Below, piece after piece: positions 1 through 9,524 of a DNA stretch of 64,000 nt (position 1 is the stretch's first letter; the number at the start of each line of letters is the position of its first letter). The translations under genes and the position numbers were made by a program. Under the pieces are notes generated by a model. The model ran no database searches, had not been told where the DNA came from, and saw only the letters and a program-made list of their open reading frames with translations. Origin of the DNA: Alphaproteobacteria bacterium (GTDB taxonomy: Bacteria > Pseudomonadota > Alphaproteobacteria > Rs-D84); the NCBI GenBank assembly GCA_046881825.1, contig JBKSMS010000010.1, forward strand, positions 86,348 through 150,347, read 5' to 3'.

Positions 1-645
1 GTACCAACAAATGGCACAAATTATAAAGGTGTTCCAAAGAAAGATATTGTAAGTAAGAAAATAGGGCGTATTATCTATTGGGCAGATATGGTTGATGTCC
101 AAAATTTGCAAATTCAAGGCAGTGGTATGTTAAAACTGGAAGATGGGACAATGGTTAAATTAAACTTTGCTGCGGTGAATGATATGCCGTTTAAATCTAT
201 CGGTGGGCAATTAAAAGAACGCGGAATCAAACCTGCTGGGGGGTATAGTGCTGATGCGGTATGGACTCATTTGAAACAAAATCCAAAACTAGCCAAAGAA
301 GTAATTTACAACAATCCACGTTATGTTTATTTTTATGAAACAGAACAAAAAAGTGTCATTGGAAAATTAGGAACCCCGCTTTCAAAAATACGCAGTATAG
401 CGATGGATGATTCTATTTATACTTTGGGGTTGCCTGTGTATATCAATACGAATTTATCTGATGGGCGTAAATTTAATCGTTTGATGATTGCCCAAGATAC
501 TGGTGGCGCGATAAAAGGCTGGATAAGGGCTGATATATTCTTTGGTTCTGGTGATGAAGCGTATCAAATTGCACACGGGCAACATTCCCAAGGACAAATA
601 TTTATCCTGATGCCAAAGGAATATACTTATGTCAAACCAAGATAA
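1..645 (+). CDS. mltA: Membrane-bound lytic murein transglycosylase A (MltA), C-terminal part; 5' end lies outside the window
   Basis: Frame 1 is open from nt 1, with no stop before the listed ATG at 88. The translation carries MltA/3D-domain hallmarks: DVQNLQIQGSG, RSIAMDDSIYTLG, IAQDTGGAIKGWIRADIFFGSGDEA. Confidence 0.8.
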   Translation, partial: VPTNGTNYKGVPKKDIVSKKIGRIIYWADMVDVQNLQIQGSGMLKLEDGTMVKLNFAAVNDMPFKSIGGQLKERGIKPAGGYSADAVWTHLKQNPKLAKEVIYNNPRYVYFYETEQKSVIGKLGTPLSKIRSIAMDDSIYTLGLPVYINTNLSDGRKFNRLMIAQDTGGAIKGWIRADIFFGSGDEAYQIAHGQHSQGQIFILMPKEYTYVKPR

Positions 646-964
646 AAAAATAAATCTTGATATACGAAAAAATCGACCACAGACACTGGCATCTGCGTTT
701 GGTGGATTGCTGGAAATTTTCGGTGCGCGAACTGGGGATGCTGATTTAGCAAAAAATTGGAAAAATGTTGTCAGCAAGGATATATATGATATCGCTAATG
801 TTGTTGCGATAAAAAAAACGCGTGATAAAAGATTTAATATTGTATTGCGCCCCATTAATCCTTCTTTTGCACTGGAATTGTCGTACAAGTTGGGCGATTG
901 TAAAAAACAGATAAATAATTATTATGGGTATGATGCTGTGGCGCGTATAACAATACGGAAATAA
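629..964 (+). CDS. DUF721 (DciA-type) domain protein
   Basis: Overlaps the mltA stop by 17 nt. The C-terminus ALELSYKLGDCKKQINNYYGYDAVARITIRK fits the DUF721 C-terminal signature as I recall it from alphaproteobacterial homologues. Length (111 aa) is typical. Confidence 0.6.
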   Translation: MSNQDKKINLDIRKNRPQTLASAFGGLLEIFGARTGDADLAKNWKNVVSKDIYDIANVVAIKKTRDKRFNIVLRPINPSFALELSYKLGDCKKQINNYYGYDAVARITIRK

Positions 965-965
965 T

Positions 966-1442
966 ATGAAAAGAATATTGGGAATTGATCCAGGGCTTTT
1001 ACACACAGGGTGGGCGATTATAGATGTCGCGGGGTCTTCGCGTAAATATATTGCCAGTGGTGTTATTTTGCCACCCACAAAAATCGATTTTGCAAAAAGA
1101 TTAGCTTTTATTTTCAATGGGATAAGCGAATTATGCGATAAATTTAATCCGACCGAATGTAGTATCGAAGTGATTTTTGTAAATAAAAACAGCAAGACAA
1201 CATTATTGCTGGGGCATGCGCGTGCGGCGGCAATTACTGCGATTGCGGTTAAAGACATGCCTGTTTTTGAATATGAACCGAACAAGGTAAAAAAGGCTTT
1301 GACTGGGGCAGGACATGCGGACAAAGAACAGATTTATAAGATGCTGTCAATATTGTTGCCAAATGCGCATCCAAAGACGGCTGATGAAAGTGACGCTATT
1401 GCTATTGCTTTGACACATGCAAACACTTCAAGGTTTGGTTGA
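966..1442 (+). CDS. ruvC: Crossover junction endodeoxyribonuclease RuvC
   Basis: N-terminal ILGIDPGLLHTGWAII and C-terminal DESDAIAIALTHA catalytic acidic motifs. 158 aa, a typical RuvC length. Confidence 0.95.
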   Translation: MKRILGIDPGLLHTGWAIIDVAGSSRKYIASGVILPPTKIDFAKRLAFIFNGISELCDKFNPTECSIEVIFVNKNSKTTLLLGHARAAAITAIAVKDMPVFEYEPNKVKKALTGAGHADKEQIYKMLSILLPNAHPKTADESDAIAIALTHANTSRFG

Positions 1443-1485
1443 TAAAATATTTGTATGTGCTATATTTAACAGACACAGGGATAAA

Positions 1486-2697
1486 ATGGGACGAGAGAAG
1501 TATCTTTCTATGCGAAAAAATGTTACCGGGTTTTCATTTGCTAACCTGGGGCTTTTTACTGGTTTCGCCAGCAGTGTGGTAAGTGCTGTGTATTCATTGG
1601 TGCTATTGGGCATATTTAAATTATTTTTTAACGAAGAAATGGCATCCAGTGCGGTTGGTATTTATGCCGCGATTATTGCTGTGTTTTCAATGTGTGTCGG
1701 GTTGTTTTCAACGCAGATATTGCGCTGGTTTACTAAAACAAAATTGTTGGGAATTGTTTTAAGTTTTTTATGTGCGTGTTATTGCATGATGAGTTTTTCT
1801 GTGAAACCTGGGACATTTATAACACTAGATTTTATGGCGCAATTTGCTTTGACTGTTTTGAATATATTGTTGCCACTTTTTATATCTGATTTTTCCAAAG
1901 GTGTTGGTATGGAAAAATTAAATGCACGATATTTGTTGTGGGTCAATATCGGTGCGTTGATTGCACCTGTGTTTGCGATGACGGTCGTATCATTTTTCGG
2001 TGGTAATTACAGAATGCCTTTGATGGCGGCGGGTTTAGTGTATTTTTCAGGTCTTTTGTTTTTTAAACATTTCGGAATTGTCCAAGAAGATAAAATTATT
2101 AAAAAAGTAAATATGCGTAAAACTTGGCGTGCTTTGCGTATAACTGCATTACACTTCTTTAAACAAAATGGGATGCTGCGGGCTTATACGGTGAATTTTG
2201 GGTATTACGCTTTGCGTGCTATGAGATTTCTTTATGTGCCGATTGTTGTTATTGAAAACGGGTTCAGCAGTGAAACATTGGGTATTGTTTTATCACTTGG
2301 GATATTGCCTTATATAATCATAGAATCTTTTATAGGGCGATTGATAAAAAAATATGGTGTAAAAATTTGGCTGACTATTGGTTTTGTTTCGTTTGCGGTA
2401 TTTTCAATTCTTGCGACATTTTTAACAGGATATCCATTATTGGCAATCTTTGTTTTGTGGCAAATTTCGGGTGCGTTTATGGAGGCATGCCATGATTTAT
2501 TGTTCTTTAATGATATGCCAAAACAAAAACAAGCCCGATATTATGGCGTTTTTAGAACAAGTGTGAATTTCCCCAGTGTTATTGCACCAATTTTCGGTGG
2601 GATTTGTATCGCGATATTTAATTCTACTTCGGCTGTGTGGTTGATTACTGCGGTTATGGGAATTTTGTCAACTATTGTATTGTGGTCGAAACGATAA
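1486..2697 (+). CDS. Multi-pass membrane transporter, MFS-like
   Basis: About 12 hydrophobic segments across about 400 aa. Start moved to ATG 1486 (AGGGA upstream) because the ORF-track start at 1417 overlaps ruvC. The family call rests on architecture only. Confidence 0.55.
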   Translation: MGREKYLSMRKNVTGFSFANLGLFTGFASSVVSAVYSLVLLGIFKLFFNEEMASSAVGIYAAIIAVFSMCVGLFSTQILRWFTKTKLLGIVLSFLCACYCMMSFSVKPGTFITLDFMAQFALTVLNILLPLFISDFSKGVGMEKLNARYLLWVNIGALIAPVFAMTVVSFFGGNYRMPLMAAGLVYFSGLLFFKHFGIVQEDKIIKKVNMRKTWRALRITALHFFKQNGMLRAYTVNFGYYALRAMRFLYVPIVVIENGFSSETLGIVLSLGILPYIIIESFIGRLIKKYGVKIWLTIGFVSFAVFSILATFLTGYPLLAIFVLWQISGAFMEACHDLLFFNDMPKQKQARYYGVFRTSVNFPSVIAPIFGGICIAIFNSTSAVWLITAVMGILSTIVLWSKR

Positions 2698-2759
2698 TAA
2701 ATCTTGCTTTATGGCTTTTTTCTTAGTATGATTTTAAGGAAAAGAAAAGGGGTTATTTT

Positions 2760-3833
2760 ATGGCAAAAAAAGAAGTAGTGAAAGAAAATACACCAGCTAA
2801 AAATCCGGCTTTGGAATCTGCGCTGGCGCAAATTCAAAAACAATTTGGTAAAGAAGCCATCATGAAAATGGGTGATGGTTCACAACAAAATATTGAAGCG
2901 ATTTCTTCGGGTTCGTTGGGGTTGGATATCGCTTTGGGGATTGGTGGTTATCCACGTGGACGCATTGTTGAAATTTATGGACCAGAAAGTTCTGGTAAAA
3001 CAACACTTGCCTTGCATGCTGTTGCCGAAGCGCAAAAGAAAGGTGGCACATGCGCATATATTGATGCTGAAAATGCTTTGGATCCATCATATGCAAAAAA
3101 ATTGGGTGTTGATGTTGCGAATTTAATTATTTCACAACCTGATTCTGGGGAACAAGCATTGGAAATTGCTGATACACTTATAAAATCTGGTGCGGTTGAT
3201 GTCGTTGTGATTGATTCTGTGGCGGCTCTGGTTCCAAAGGCTGAATTAGAAGGAAACATTGGTGACAGTTTTGTTGGGACAACTGCGCGATTGATGTCTC
3301 AATCATTAAAGAAATTGGCAGGCAGTGTTTCACGCAGTAATACATTGTTAATCTTTATTAACCAAATTCGTATGAAGATTGGTGTTATGTTCGGGAATCC
3401 GGAAACAACATCTGGTGGAAATGCGTTGAAATTCTATGCGTCTGTGCGTCTTGATATTCGCAGAACTGGCGCAATCAAAGATAAAGAAAATATTATTGGA
3501 AACGAAACGCGTGTAAAGATTGTTAAAAACAAAGTTGCGCCACCTTTTAGAACTGTTGATTTCAAAATTATGTATGGTGAAGGTATTTCAAGAATTAGTG
3601 AAATTTTGGATATGGGGGTGAAATATAATTTTATTGAAAAAGCTGGTTCTTTCTATTCATACAATAATGAACGTATTGGCCAAGGCGAAGCAAATGCGCG
3701 TCAATGGTTAAAAGACCATGAAACGGCTCAGAAAGAATTGCTGGATAAAATTATGGCAAAGGCAAACGGTATCGCTGAAGAAATGACCACTGGTCCAATT
3801 GATGATAACGAAGGTGTCGTTGATGTGGAGTGA
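2760..3833 (+). CDS. recA: Recombinase RecA
   Basis: Walker [13 protein letters not shown], then [18 protein letters not shown] and [47 protein letters not shown] upstream. Confidence 0.97.
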   Translation: MAKKEVVKENTPAKNPALESALAQIQKQFGKEAIMKMGDGSQQNIEAISSGSLGLDIALGIGGYPRGRIVEIYGPESSGKTTLALHAVAEAQKKGGTCAYIDAENALDPSYAKKLGVDVANLIISQPDSGEQALEIADTLIKSGAVDVVVIDSVAALVPKAELEGNIGDSFVGTTARLMSQSLKKLAGSVSRSNTLLIFINQIRMKIGVMFGNPETTSGGNALKFYASVRLDIRRTGAIKDKENIIGNETRVKIVKNKVAPPFRTVDFKIMYGEGISRISEILDMGVKYNFIEKAGSFYSYNNERIGQGEANARQWLKDHETAQKELLDKIMAKANGIAEEMTTGPIDDNEGVVDVE

Positions 3834-3855
3834 TTAAAACCAAAGGGGTTTTTAG

Positions 3856-4764
3856 ATGAGCTTGTCTAGATTATTCGCTATGTTTGAAATAGGGTTATTG
3901 GGGCATGTCCTTAATCCTTTTTGGAAGACGCGTATGCAAAGACGCAAGCGGCGAACTGATTTAACTGCAAAAATTGTTTCAAGATATTTTAAAAAATATC
4001 TGCCAGCGGTTGAAAAAGTTATTGAAGAAAAGCCAATCAATAATGATAAAGGTGAAAAAATATGGACAATGTGGTTGCAGGGTGAAGACAAAGCGCCTGC
4101 GTTGGTAAAGGCTTGCTTTCGCAGTGTTCGCAGGCACTGCAGTCAAGAATTGGTTGTTCTGGATGAAAAGACAATTTTTGATTACATAACCTTGCCTGAA
4201 AAAATAATCAAAAAATACAAGTCCGGAAAAATAGGGCATGCACATTTTGCTGATATTTGTCGTGTTGAATTATTGTATGAACATGGTGGTTTTTGGTTGG
4301 ATTCTACTGGTTTTGTGACCGCACCAATTCCTGATTGGATAAAGAAACAAGATTTCTTTGTCTTTTTAACGGGCGATAACTATAACATTGGTGGGTCGCC
4401 GTATTCGTTTATGCAGAATTGTTTTATTCGTGCGCGCAAAGGGGCTTATTTGCTGGCTGCGTGGCGTGCGATGATACTTGATTATTGGATGCATGAAAAT
4501 CACACTTTTGATTACTTTATGCACCAATTGTTATTCAAAACTTTGGTCGAAAATGACAAAAGGGCAAAAAAATATTTTGAAGAAATGCCGCATATTGCTC
4601 AAGATCCGACGCATGTGCTTTGGTGGGCTTATCAAAATCAACCGTTTAACCAAAAGACCTTTGATGAAGTGACAAGTGGCGCATTTTTTCAAAAGACAAC
4701 ATATCGTGGTTCTGATAATCCTGTGCCTGGGTCTTTTGCGGATGTTATGATAAATAAAATGTAA
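3856..4764 (+). CDS. Capsular-polysaccharide-synthesis-type glycosyltransferase (Caps_synth / Gly_transf_sug-like)
   Basis: GHAHFADICRVELLYEHGGFWLDSTGFVT resembles the signature of the capsular polysaccharide synthesis / sugar-transferase family. SD AAAGGGG upstream. Confidence 0.6.
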   Translation: MSLSRLFAMFEIGLLGHVLNPFWKTRMQRRKRRTDLTAKIVSRYFKKYLPAVEKVIEEKPINNDKGEKIWTMWLQGEDKAPALVKACFRSVRRHCSQELVVLDEKTIFDYITLPEKIIKKYKSGKIGHAHFADICRVELLYEHGGFWLDSTGFVTAPIPDWIKKQDFFVFLTGDNYNIGGSPYSFMQNCFIRARKGAYLLAAWRAMILDYWMHENHTFDYFMHQLLFKTLVENDKRAKKYFEEMPHIAQDPTHVLWWAYQNQPFNQKTFDEVTSGAFFQKTTYRGSDNPVPGSFADVMINKM

Positions 4765-4783
4765 AAACCAAAAGGGGGTTGCC

Positions 4784-5797
4784 GTGCGACCAAAAATATC
4801 AATCATTATCCCAATGTGGGGGGTGGAAAAATATCTTTCCCGTTGTTTGGACAGCGTTCAAAATCAGACTTTTAAAGATTGGCAGGCAATATGTGTTGAT
4901 GATGGGTCACCTGATAAATCTGGTGAAATTGCTGAAAGCTATGCTAAAAAAGACAAAAGATTCGTCGTTGTTCATAAAAAAAATGGTGGGCTTTCTGATG
5001 CACGCAATTTTGGTATGAATTATGCAGACGGTGATTATATTATGTATTTGGACAGTGATGATTTTATTCATCCACAAACAATGGAAATTGCTTATAAAGC
5101 TATAACAGAAAATAAATCTGATATTGCTTCGTTTTCTTATGACAGGTTCTATCGTCCTCAATTAATGGTGCGACATTTTTTACATATGGATACAGACAAT
5201 GTTGTCCCGTTTGGTATTAAAAAAAGATATAATTTGGATAAATTAAAAACAAAAACAGTTGATGATATTTTTGAATTGGCTACTGAACGAACACATAATA
5301 AAACAAATCCTAATCGTAAATGGCTGATTAAACACTGCCAGGTGTGGAAAAATATCTATAAAAAATCTTTAATCGAAGATACGCCTTTTATCAAAGGAAT
5401 TTTGTTTGAAGATTTCCCATGGTGGAGTGCAGTAATGTTAAAAAATCCGCGTGTGACAGTTGTGCCATTACCGCTGTATTATTATATTCCAAATTTTGGT
5501 GGAATAGTTTTATCGACAAAACAATTAAAGATTATGAAAAGTTTATGCACGGGGATAAAATCTGCTTATAAACTTTATAAAGACCGTGCAGATAATGAAC
5601 AGATGAAAAAGTGGCAATCTCAATTTATGTGGTATTTTGTAAATTGGGCTTTTCGTAAATTGAAATATTTAAAAACAGATGCAGAAATTGATGAAGCGCG
5701 CAAGGAATTTAAAGACATGAATAAAATAGGTGTCTTTGATGACGTGCCAAATGAATGGTATGATTTGCGTGAAAAAATCTATGAATTTATAAAGTAA
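4784..5797 (+). CDS. Family 2 glycosyltransferase (GT-A fold)
   Basis: GTG start with AAGGGGG SD. ISIIIPMWGVEKYLSRCLDSVQNQTF, ICVDDGSPDKSGEI, GGLSDARNFG and YLDSDDFI (DXD) form a canonical GT2 N-terminal domain. Confidence 0.85.
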   Translation: MRPKISIIIPMWGVEKYLSRCLDSVQNQTFKDWQAICVDDGSPDKSGEIAESYAKKDKRFVVVHKKNGGLSDARNFGMNYADGDYIMYLDSDDFIHPQTMEIAYKAITENKSDIASFSYDRFYRPQLMVRHFLHMDTDNVVPFGIKKRYNLDKLKTKTVDDIFELATERTHNKTNPNRKWLIKHCQVWKNIYKKSLIEDTPFIKGILFEDFPWWSAVMLKNPRVTVVPLPLYYYIPNFGGIVLSTKQLKIMKSLCTGIKSAYKLYKDRADNEQMKKWQSQFMWYFVNWAFRKLKYLKTDAEIDEARKEFKDMNKIGVFDDVPNEWYDLREKIYEFIK

Positions 5798-5826
5798 AAA
5801 AGCGGTTTTAAACCGCTTTTATTTTT
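5798..5826. terminator. Bidirectional intrinsic terminator between convergent GT2 (+) and Stealth (-) genes
   Basis: aaagcggttt / aaaccgcttt inverted repeat at 5799-5820, flanked by an A-run upstream and a T-run downstream. Overlaps the Stealth stop codon. Confidence 0.7.
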
Positions 5827-6826
5827 CAAATTCACTTTTGTTAGGGAAACGCGATTCTAAAAATTCAATATTGTTTTTAATTGTGTCGTTTGTTGTATAT
5901 TTTGAATCATTTATACAAAATATTGGGGCATGTTTGATGGAATTTTTAGACATTTTTGCATCAAAACAAAATACCGGGGAACGGCGCACTGCGTTCCAGT
6001 GTATAGTATTATAAAGAAAATTAGAAAACCAATGTTTCCCAGATTTATATCCGCGGGCTTTTTTAAATACTGCTTTGCCAGTCATTTTTGTATATAATTC
6101 AACCAGCCATATTTGCAAAGCATCCCTTGCGCGGAATTTTTGTAATATTTGTTTGTCCAATTGTTTTTTTACCAATGGATGATTTCTGCATTCAACAAAA
6201 GAAGATTTTATATACGGGTCAATACCATGTGATGGATAATATGTTATATATGTTTTTCCAAAAATTTCTTTGATTTTTAATGCTGATAAAATAATGGTGT
6301 GTGTATATCTGTCCACAGATTTCAACCATTTATCTATATTGTGTTTGATGTGTTTGTGTTTGTTATAAAGGACGATTGAGCGGCCGTATTTGTCAAAGAA
6401 AAATGATGGTTTTACCGGTTTGCTGAAAAAAGTATCATCGTTCATGATTATAAATTTTTCAGACAAGTTTGGTATTTTATGGATACATAAATTTATAGAA
6501 TTTGAATTAAATGTCGGTATTGCGTTTTTGGGCATAATTTGTTCATGTGGAACAATGCTGATTTTTGGGTTCTTTGTATTTAACCATTTTGGCTTTTGAT
6601 TAAAACCAGTGATAATATAAATGTGATTTGCCCAGGGCGCACATTCTGCAACAGAACGCAGTGAATATTTTAATTCCCCATTATCACGATAAAGTGCAGG
6701 ACTTAAATTATTAGCGGTTTCAACAGTTTTATGGTTGATTTTGTCATACCAAAAATTGCGAATTTTTTGCCATTTTTTATCGCTGCCATCGACCCATAAA
6801 TATACTATATCTATTTTGTCGTTCAT
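5819..6826 (-). CDS. Stealth-family capsular polysaccharide (hexose-1-phosphate) phosphotransferase
   Basis: Stealth conserved regions are recognisable. CR1 IDIVYLWVDGSDKKW, CR2 NGELKYSLRSVAECAPWANHIYIITGFNQKPKWL, CR3 FNSNSINLCIHKIPNLSEKFIIMNDDTFF, CR4-like YYPSHGIDPY. Confidence 0.8.
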   Translation of the reverse strand: MNDKIDIVYLWVDGSDKKWQKIRNFWYDKINHKTVETANNLSPALYRDNGELKYSLRSVAECAPWANHIYIITGFNQKPKWLNTKNPKISIVPHEQIMPKNAIPTFNSNSINLCIHKIPNLSEKFIIMNDDTFFSKPVKPSFFFDKYGRSIVLYNKHKHIKHNIDKWLKSVDRYTHTIILSALKIKEIFGKTYITYYPSHGIDPYIKSSFVECRNHPLVKKQLDKQILQKFRARDALQIWLVELYTKMTGKAVFKKARGYKSGKHWFSNFLYNTIHWNAVRRSPVFCFDAKMSKNSIKHAPIFCINDSKYTTNDTIKNNIEFLESRFPNKSEFEK

Positions 6827-6829
6827 TTT

Positions 6830-7666
6830 TTATATCCCAGATTTTTTAAACCGTGTAGGTATTTTTATAACAGGTTTTAACCCAAACATTGCTGGTTTGC
6901 GCAACGCATAAATGGGACGAAAATAAGTTTGTAAAATGCGCGCTATGTTAAACCATTTTTCAGATTTTGGTTTCGATTTAGTGACAGTATTTATTGTTCC
7001 GTTTCCGCGCCGTCTAAGATGATTTAACCAATCTGTGCCGCGTTTTTTAGCCTTTTGTTCCAGCATGTCCATATCTATTGCGCCAAAATGCAAAAGATAT
7101 AAATTTTTGTCTATGTGGAAATTGTGGTGTTTAATGCTGTGAAAACCACTGCCCCAAGCGACAGGTTTATTTATCACAACTGGTTTGGTATAACGCGTAG
7201 AAAGCAGGGCATATTCCCTTTGTTCCAGAAATGGCGCGTGTTTATCAAGAATAGCTTCGTTATATAAATGTTGCCCGACATCTAATCCCAATCCAGAAAG
7301 GCTGGTATTGAATTTTTTGTTTGATAGATATTGTGTCAAAGTTTGTTTTGTTTTGGGATCAACAATTAAAAATTCATCTGAATCACAACCAATTATAATG
7401 TCATATTTTTTTAATAATTCGTGCGCAGTTTCTGATATCTTTTTAATTCTGTATTTGTCGCCACTACTTCGTGACATGGGGGTATGTGGTAATTTAATTA
7501 TATGTGCGCGACCCGCGTTTTCAGGGACTTTTTGGTCTGTCCCGTCCAAAAGAATATAAAGATTTTCTGTACCTAATTGTTTGCCATAATATGCAATCCA
7601 ACGCGTTAAGAAAAATTCATCATCGCGCGCCATTGTAATCGCAGCAATCTTTTTGTTTTTTTTCAT
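6830..7666 (-). CDS. GT-A glycosyltransferase (Glyco_tranf_2_4 / GT92-like)
   Basis: IAAITMARDDEFFLTRWIAYYGKQLG..LYILLDGTDQ and IIGCDSDEFLIV fit the GT2_4-type pattern. 3-nt gap to the Stealth gene and 4-nt overlap with the upstream gene. Confidence 0.5.
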   Translation of the reverse strand: MKKNKKIAAITMARDDEFFLTRWIAYYGKQLGTENLYILLDGTDQKVPENAGRAHIIKLPHTPMSRSSGDKYRIKKISETAHELLKKYDIIIGCDSDEFLIVDPKTKQTLTQYLSNKKFNTSLSGLGLDVGQHLYNEAILDKHAPFLEQREYALLSTRYTKPVVINKPVAWGSGFHSIKHHNFHIDKNLYLLHFGAIDMDMLEQKAKKRGTDWLNHLRRRGNGTINTVTKSKPKSEKWFNIARILQTYFRPIYALRKPAMFGLKPVIKIPTRFKKSGI

Positions 7667-8511
7667 TTTTCTTTGTTTCCTATTTTTTTGAACAAATATT
7701 TTATGTTTCTTAATATTGTTTTAAATGGGTTTGATGTCAACAGCTGGTTCATGTATGCAGTGCCATATATACGATTGGCGGTTTTCATGATTGCTTCACT
7801 GGCTTTTTTGTCTGCCCGATTTAATACATATTTTATTTGTGCGCCCGCAGCACCATTATGTCTTGTAAAAGAAGCTTTTTTTACAAAAGGACACCCCATT
7901 TTAAATAACTGTTTTGGTTTATTATAAGTAAATCTTCCGTGGCATTTATAAAGTCCATCCCATGAACAACCATTATTCTTTATTAAATTAGTAAGTCCAT
8001 GTTCATATTTAACTGTTATTATGTATTTTTTATCTTCGTGTTTAACATTTGAAATAAATTCATCAAACCAGCTGGATATAAATATTTTTTTGTTCAATTG
8101 AACAAACCAAGATTCCATAAATTCGTGGGTTTTGTGTTTAGATACGATAATTCCCGCCGCATCGGTTTTTAAAGATGCCATATTTTTTAGTGTTTCTTTG
8201 ATATCAAATAATGGTCCAAACACAGAATCATTCACCAGATATAAAACATCATAATTTTGTAATATGTCTTTGTTTCTGGCATATTGATATGCACGTTTAT
8301 AAGAACCAAAATCATATTCACCATGTTTTTGTGCAATCGTGTGAATTGTGTATGGTTTTAATTTTTGGATTTCTGTTTTTTTTAAATCATTATCCATACA
8401 AACAATAACATCGCCGTATTTTGAAAGACAAGATATATAATAAACTATTGCATCATCAACAATGCCATCTTTGTCAAAACCAGCAAATAAAAATAGTCTA
8501 TTTTTTTTCAT
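7663..8511 (-). CDS. Rhamnan-synthesis-F (RgpF)-like polysaccharide biosynthesis protein
   Basis: LFLFAGFDKDGIVDDAIVYYISCL, HGEYDFGSYKRAY and LYLVNDSVFGPL resemble RgpF-type proteins. Confidence 0.55.
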   Translation of the reverse strand: MKKNRLFLFAGFDKDGIVDDAIVYYISCLSKYGDVIVCMDNDLKKTEIQKLKPYTIHTIAQKHGEYDFGSYKRAYQYARNKDILQNYDVLYLVNDSVFGPLFDIKETLKNMASLKTDAAGIIVSKHKTHEFMESWFVQLNKKIFISSWFDEFISNVKHEDKKYIITVKYEHGLTNLIKNNGCSWDGLYKCHGRFTYNKPKQLFKMGCPFVKKASFTRHNGAAGAQIKYVLNRADKKASEAIMKTANRIYGTAYMNQLLTSNPFKTILRNIKYLFKKIGNKEK

Positions 8512-9433
8512 TTTTTAATTTTTCTATAAATCTGTCCATTACATCATCATATACTTCGTTGCGGTCATAATATTTGAATTTTTCAACCCCGCGATAACTT
8601 TGTATAGATTGTTTGGTTGCAGAACCACGATTTAATCTTGCAATATATTCGTCATAAGATTTTGTGTAATAATGATTTAGGCGCAATTTGTTATATGCCG
8701 GTGGATTATTAGTTTGATCTATGTGTCCCAGCTTTTTCCCGTTGTTGTCAATAGTCCAACCGGCTATAAAATTATGATGTAAATTTTTATATTTAATTAA
8801 AAGACGCGGATTGACAATAGATTTTACACCAAAAGTTTTCTTTGCACGATATTTATAATTTTCAATAACCAAACCATCTGGTTTATGAATGTGTCCAGAT
8901 GAACCGTATATTACCCATGTGCAAACCAGTTGAGAAAAAGTTGTTTTTATTGAATTCAAAAATTCTGGGATAGTGTCATTAACAACAGGAACCAAGAATT
9001 CATCTAAATCAATCAGAGCCAGCCATCTTGTATCATATGAATGTTTTTGTATAATATCATCATATGCAGAATGTTGCATGGCAGTACCTGGATAAAAAGT
9101 GTATTCTACAATTCCACTTTTTATATAAGGTTCAAGGATTTTTCGACTGTTATCAGTAGAATCATTATCATATAAATAGAATTTTGTAACACCAACTAGT
9201 ATATGAAAATCCAGCCATTCTTTTAAGTATGGTCCCTCGTTTTTCATAATAGCACCAATGGCTATTTCATTTTCAAACTTTGTTTTACGATCTTGTCTAA
9301 TCACATTGAAATAATTTTTAATCCCAAATTGTATTATTCCGCGAAAAGCCCTGCGATAACTTGGCATTGGTATCCAAAAAGTTAAAAGAACAGAAATGAA
9401 TTTCCTTTGTTTTGATATTTTAGGTAATGCCAT
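8498..9433 (-). CDS. Glycosyltransferase family 92 (DUF23-type)
   Basis: AIGAIMKNEGPYLKEWLDFHILVGVTKFYLYDNDSTDNS and LALIDLDEFLVP are GT92/GT-A signatures. N-terminal hydrophobic segment. First gene of the minus-strand four-gene block. Confidence 0.65.
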   Translation of the reverse strand: MALPKISKQRKFISVLLTFWIPMPSYRRAFRGIIQFGIKNYFNVIRQDRKTKFENEIAIGAIMKNEGPYLKEWLDFHILVGVTKFYLYDNDSTDNSRKILEPYIKSGIVEYTFYPGTAMQHSAYDDIIQKHSYDTRWLALIDLDEFLVPVVNDTIPEFLNSIKTTFSQLVCTWVIYGSSGHIHKPDGLVIENYKYRAKKTFGVKSIVNPRLLIKYKNLHHNFIAGWTIDNNGKKLGHIDQTNNPPAYNKLRLNHYYTKSYDEYIARLNRGSATKQSIQSYRGVEKFKYYDRNEVYDDVMDRFIEKLKNEKK

Positions 9434-9490
9434 AAACTACTCCATTCGCAAGTATTATAACAATAAAAATATTAATAAACAATTATTAAA

Positions 9491-9520
9491 TATAAAAACA
9501 CCGCCCATGTGGGCGGTGTT
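9491..9520 (-). terminator. Intrinsic terminator downstream of typA
   Basis: Arms acaccgccca / tgggcggtgt (9498-9519). On the minus strand these are followed by TTTTTATA. Confidence 0.75.
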
Positions 9521-9524
9521 TAAA

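Noticed and set aside
746-1324. 192-aa minus-strand ORF overlapping the DUF721 gene and ruvC
   Set aside because: Antisense to two well-supported genes. Hydrophobic, low-information translation. No start context.
7657-7664. A8/T8 homopolymer tracts just after the start codons of two glycosyltransferase genes (also 8501-8508) as phase-variation sites
   Set aside because: They arise from MKK(N) N-termini, which are common throughout this AT-rich window. The length is only 8, and similar A7-A8 runs occur in housekeeping contexts. They are not distinguishable from background.
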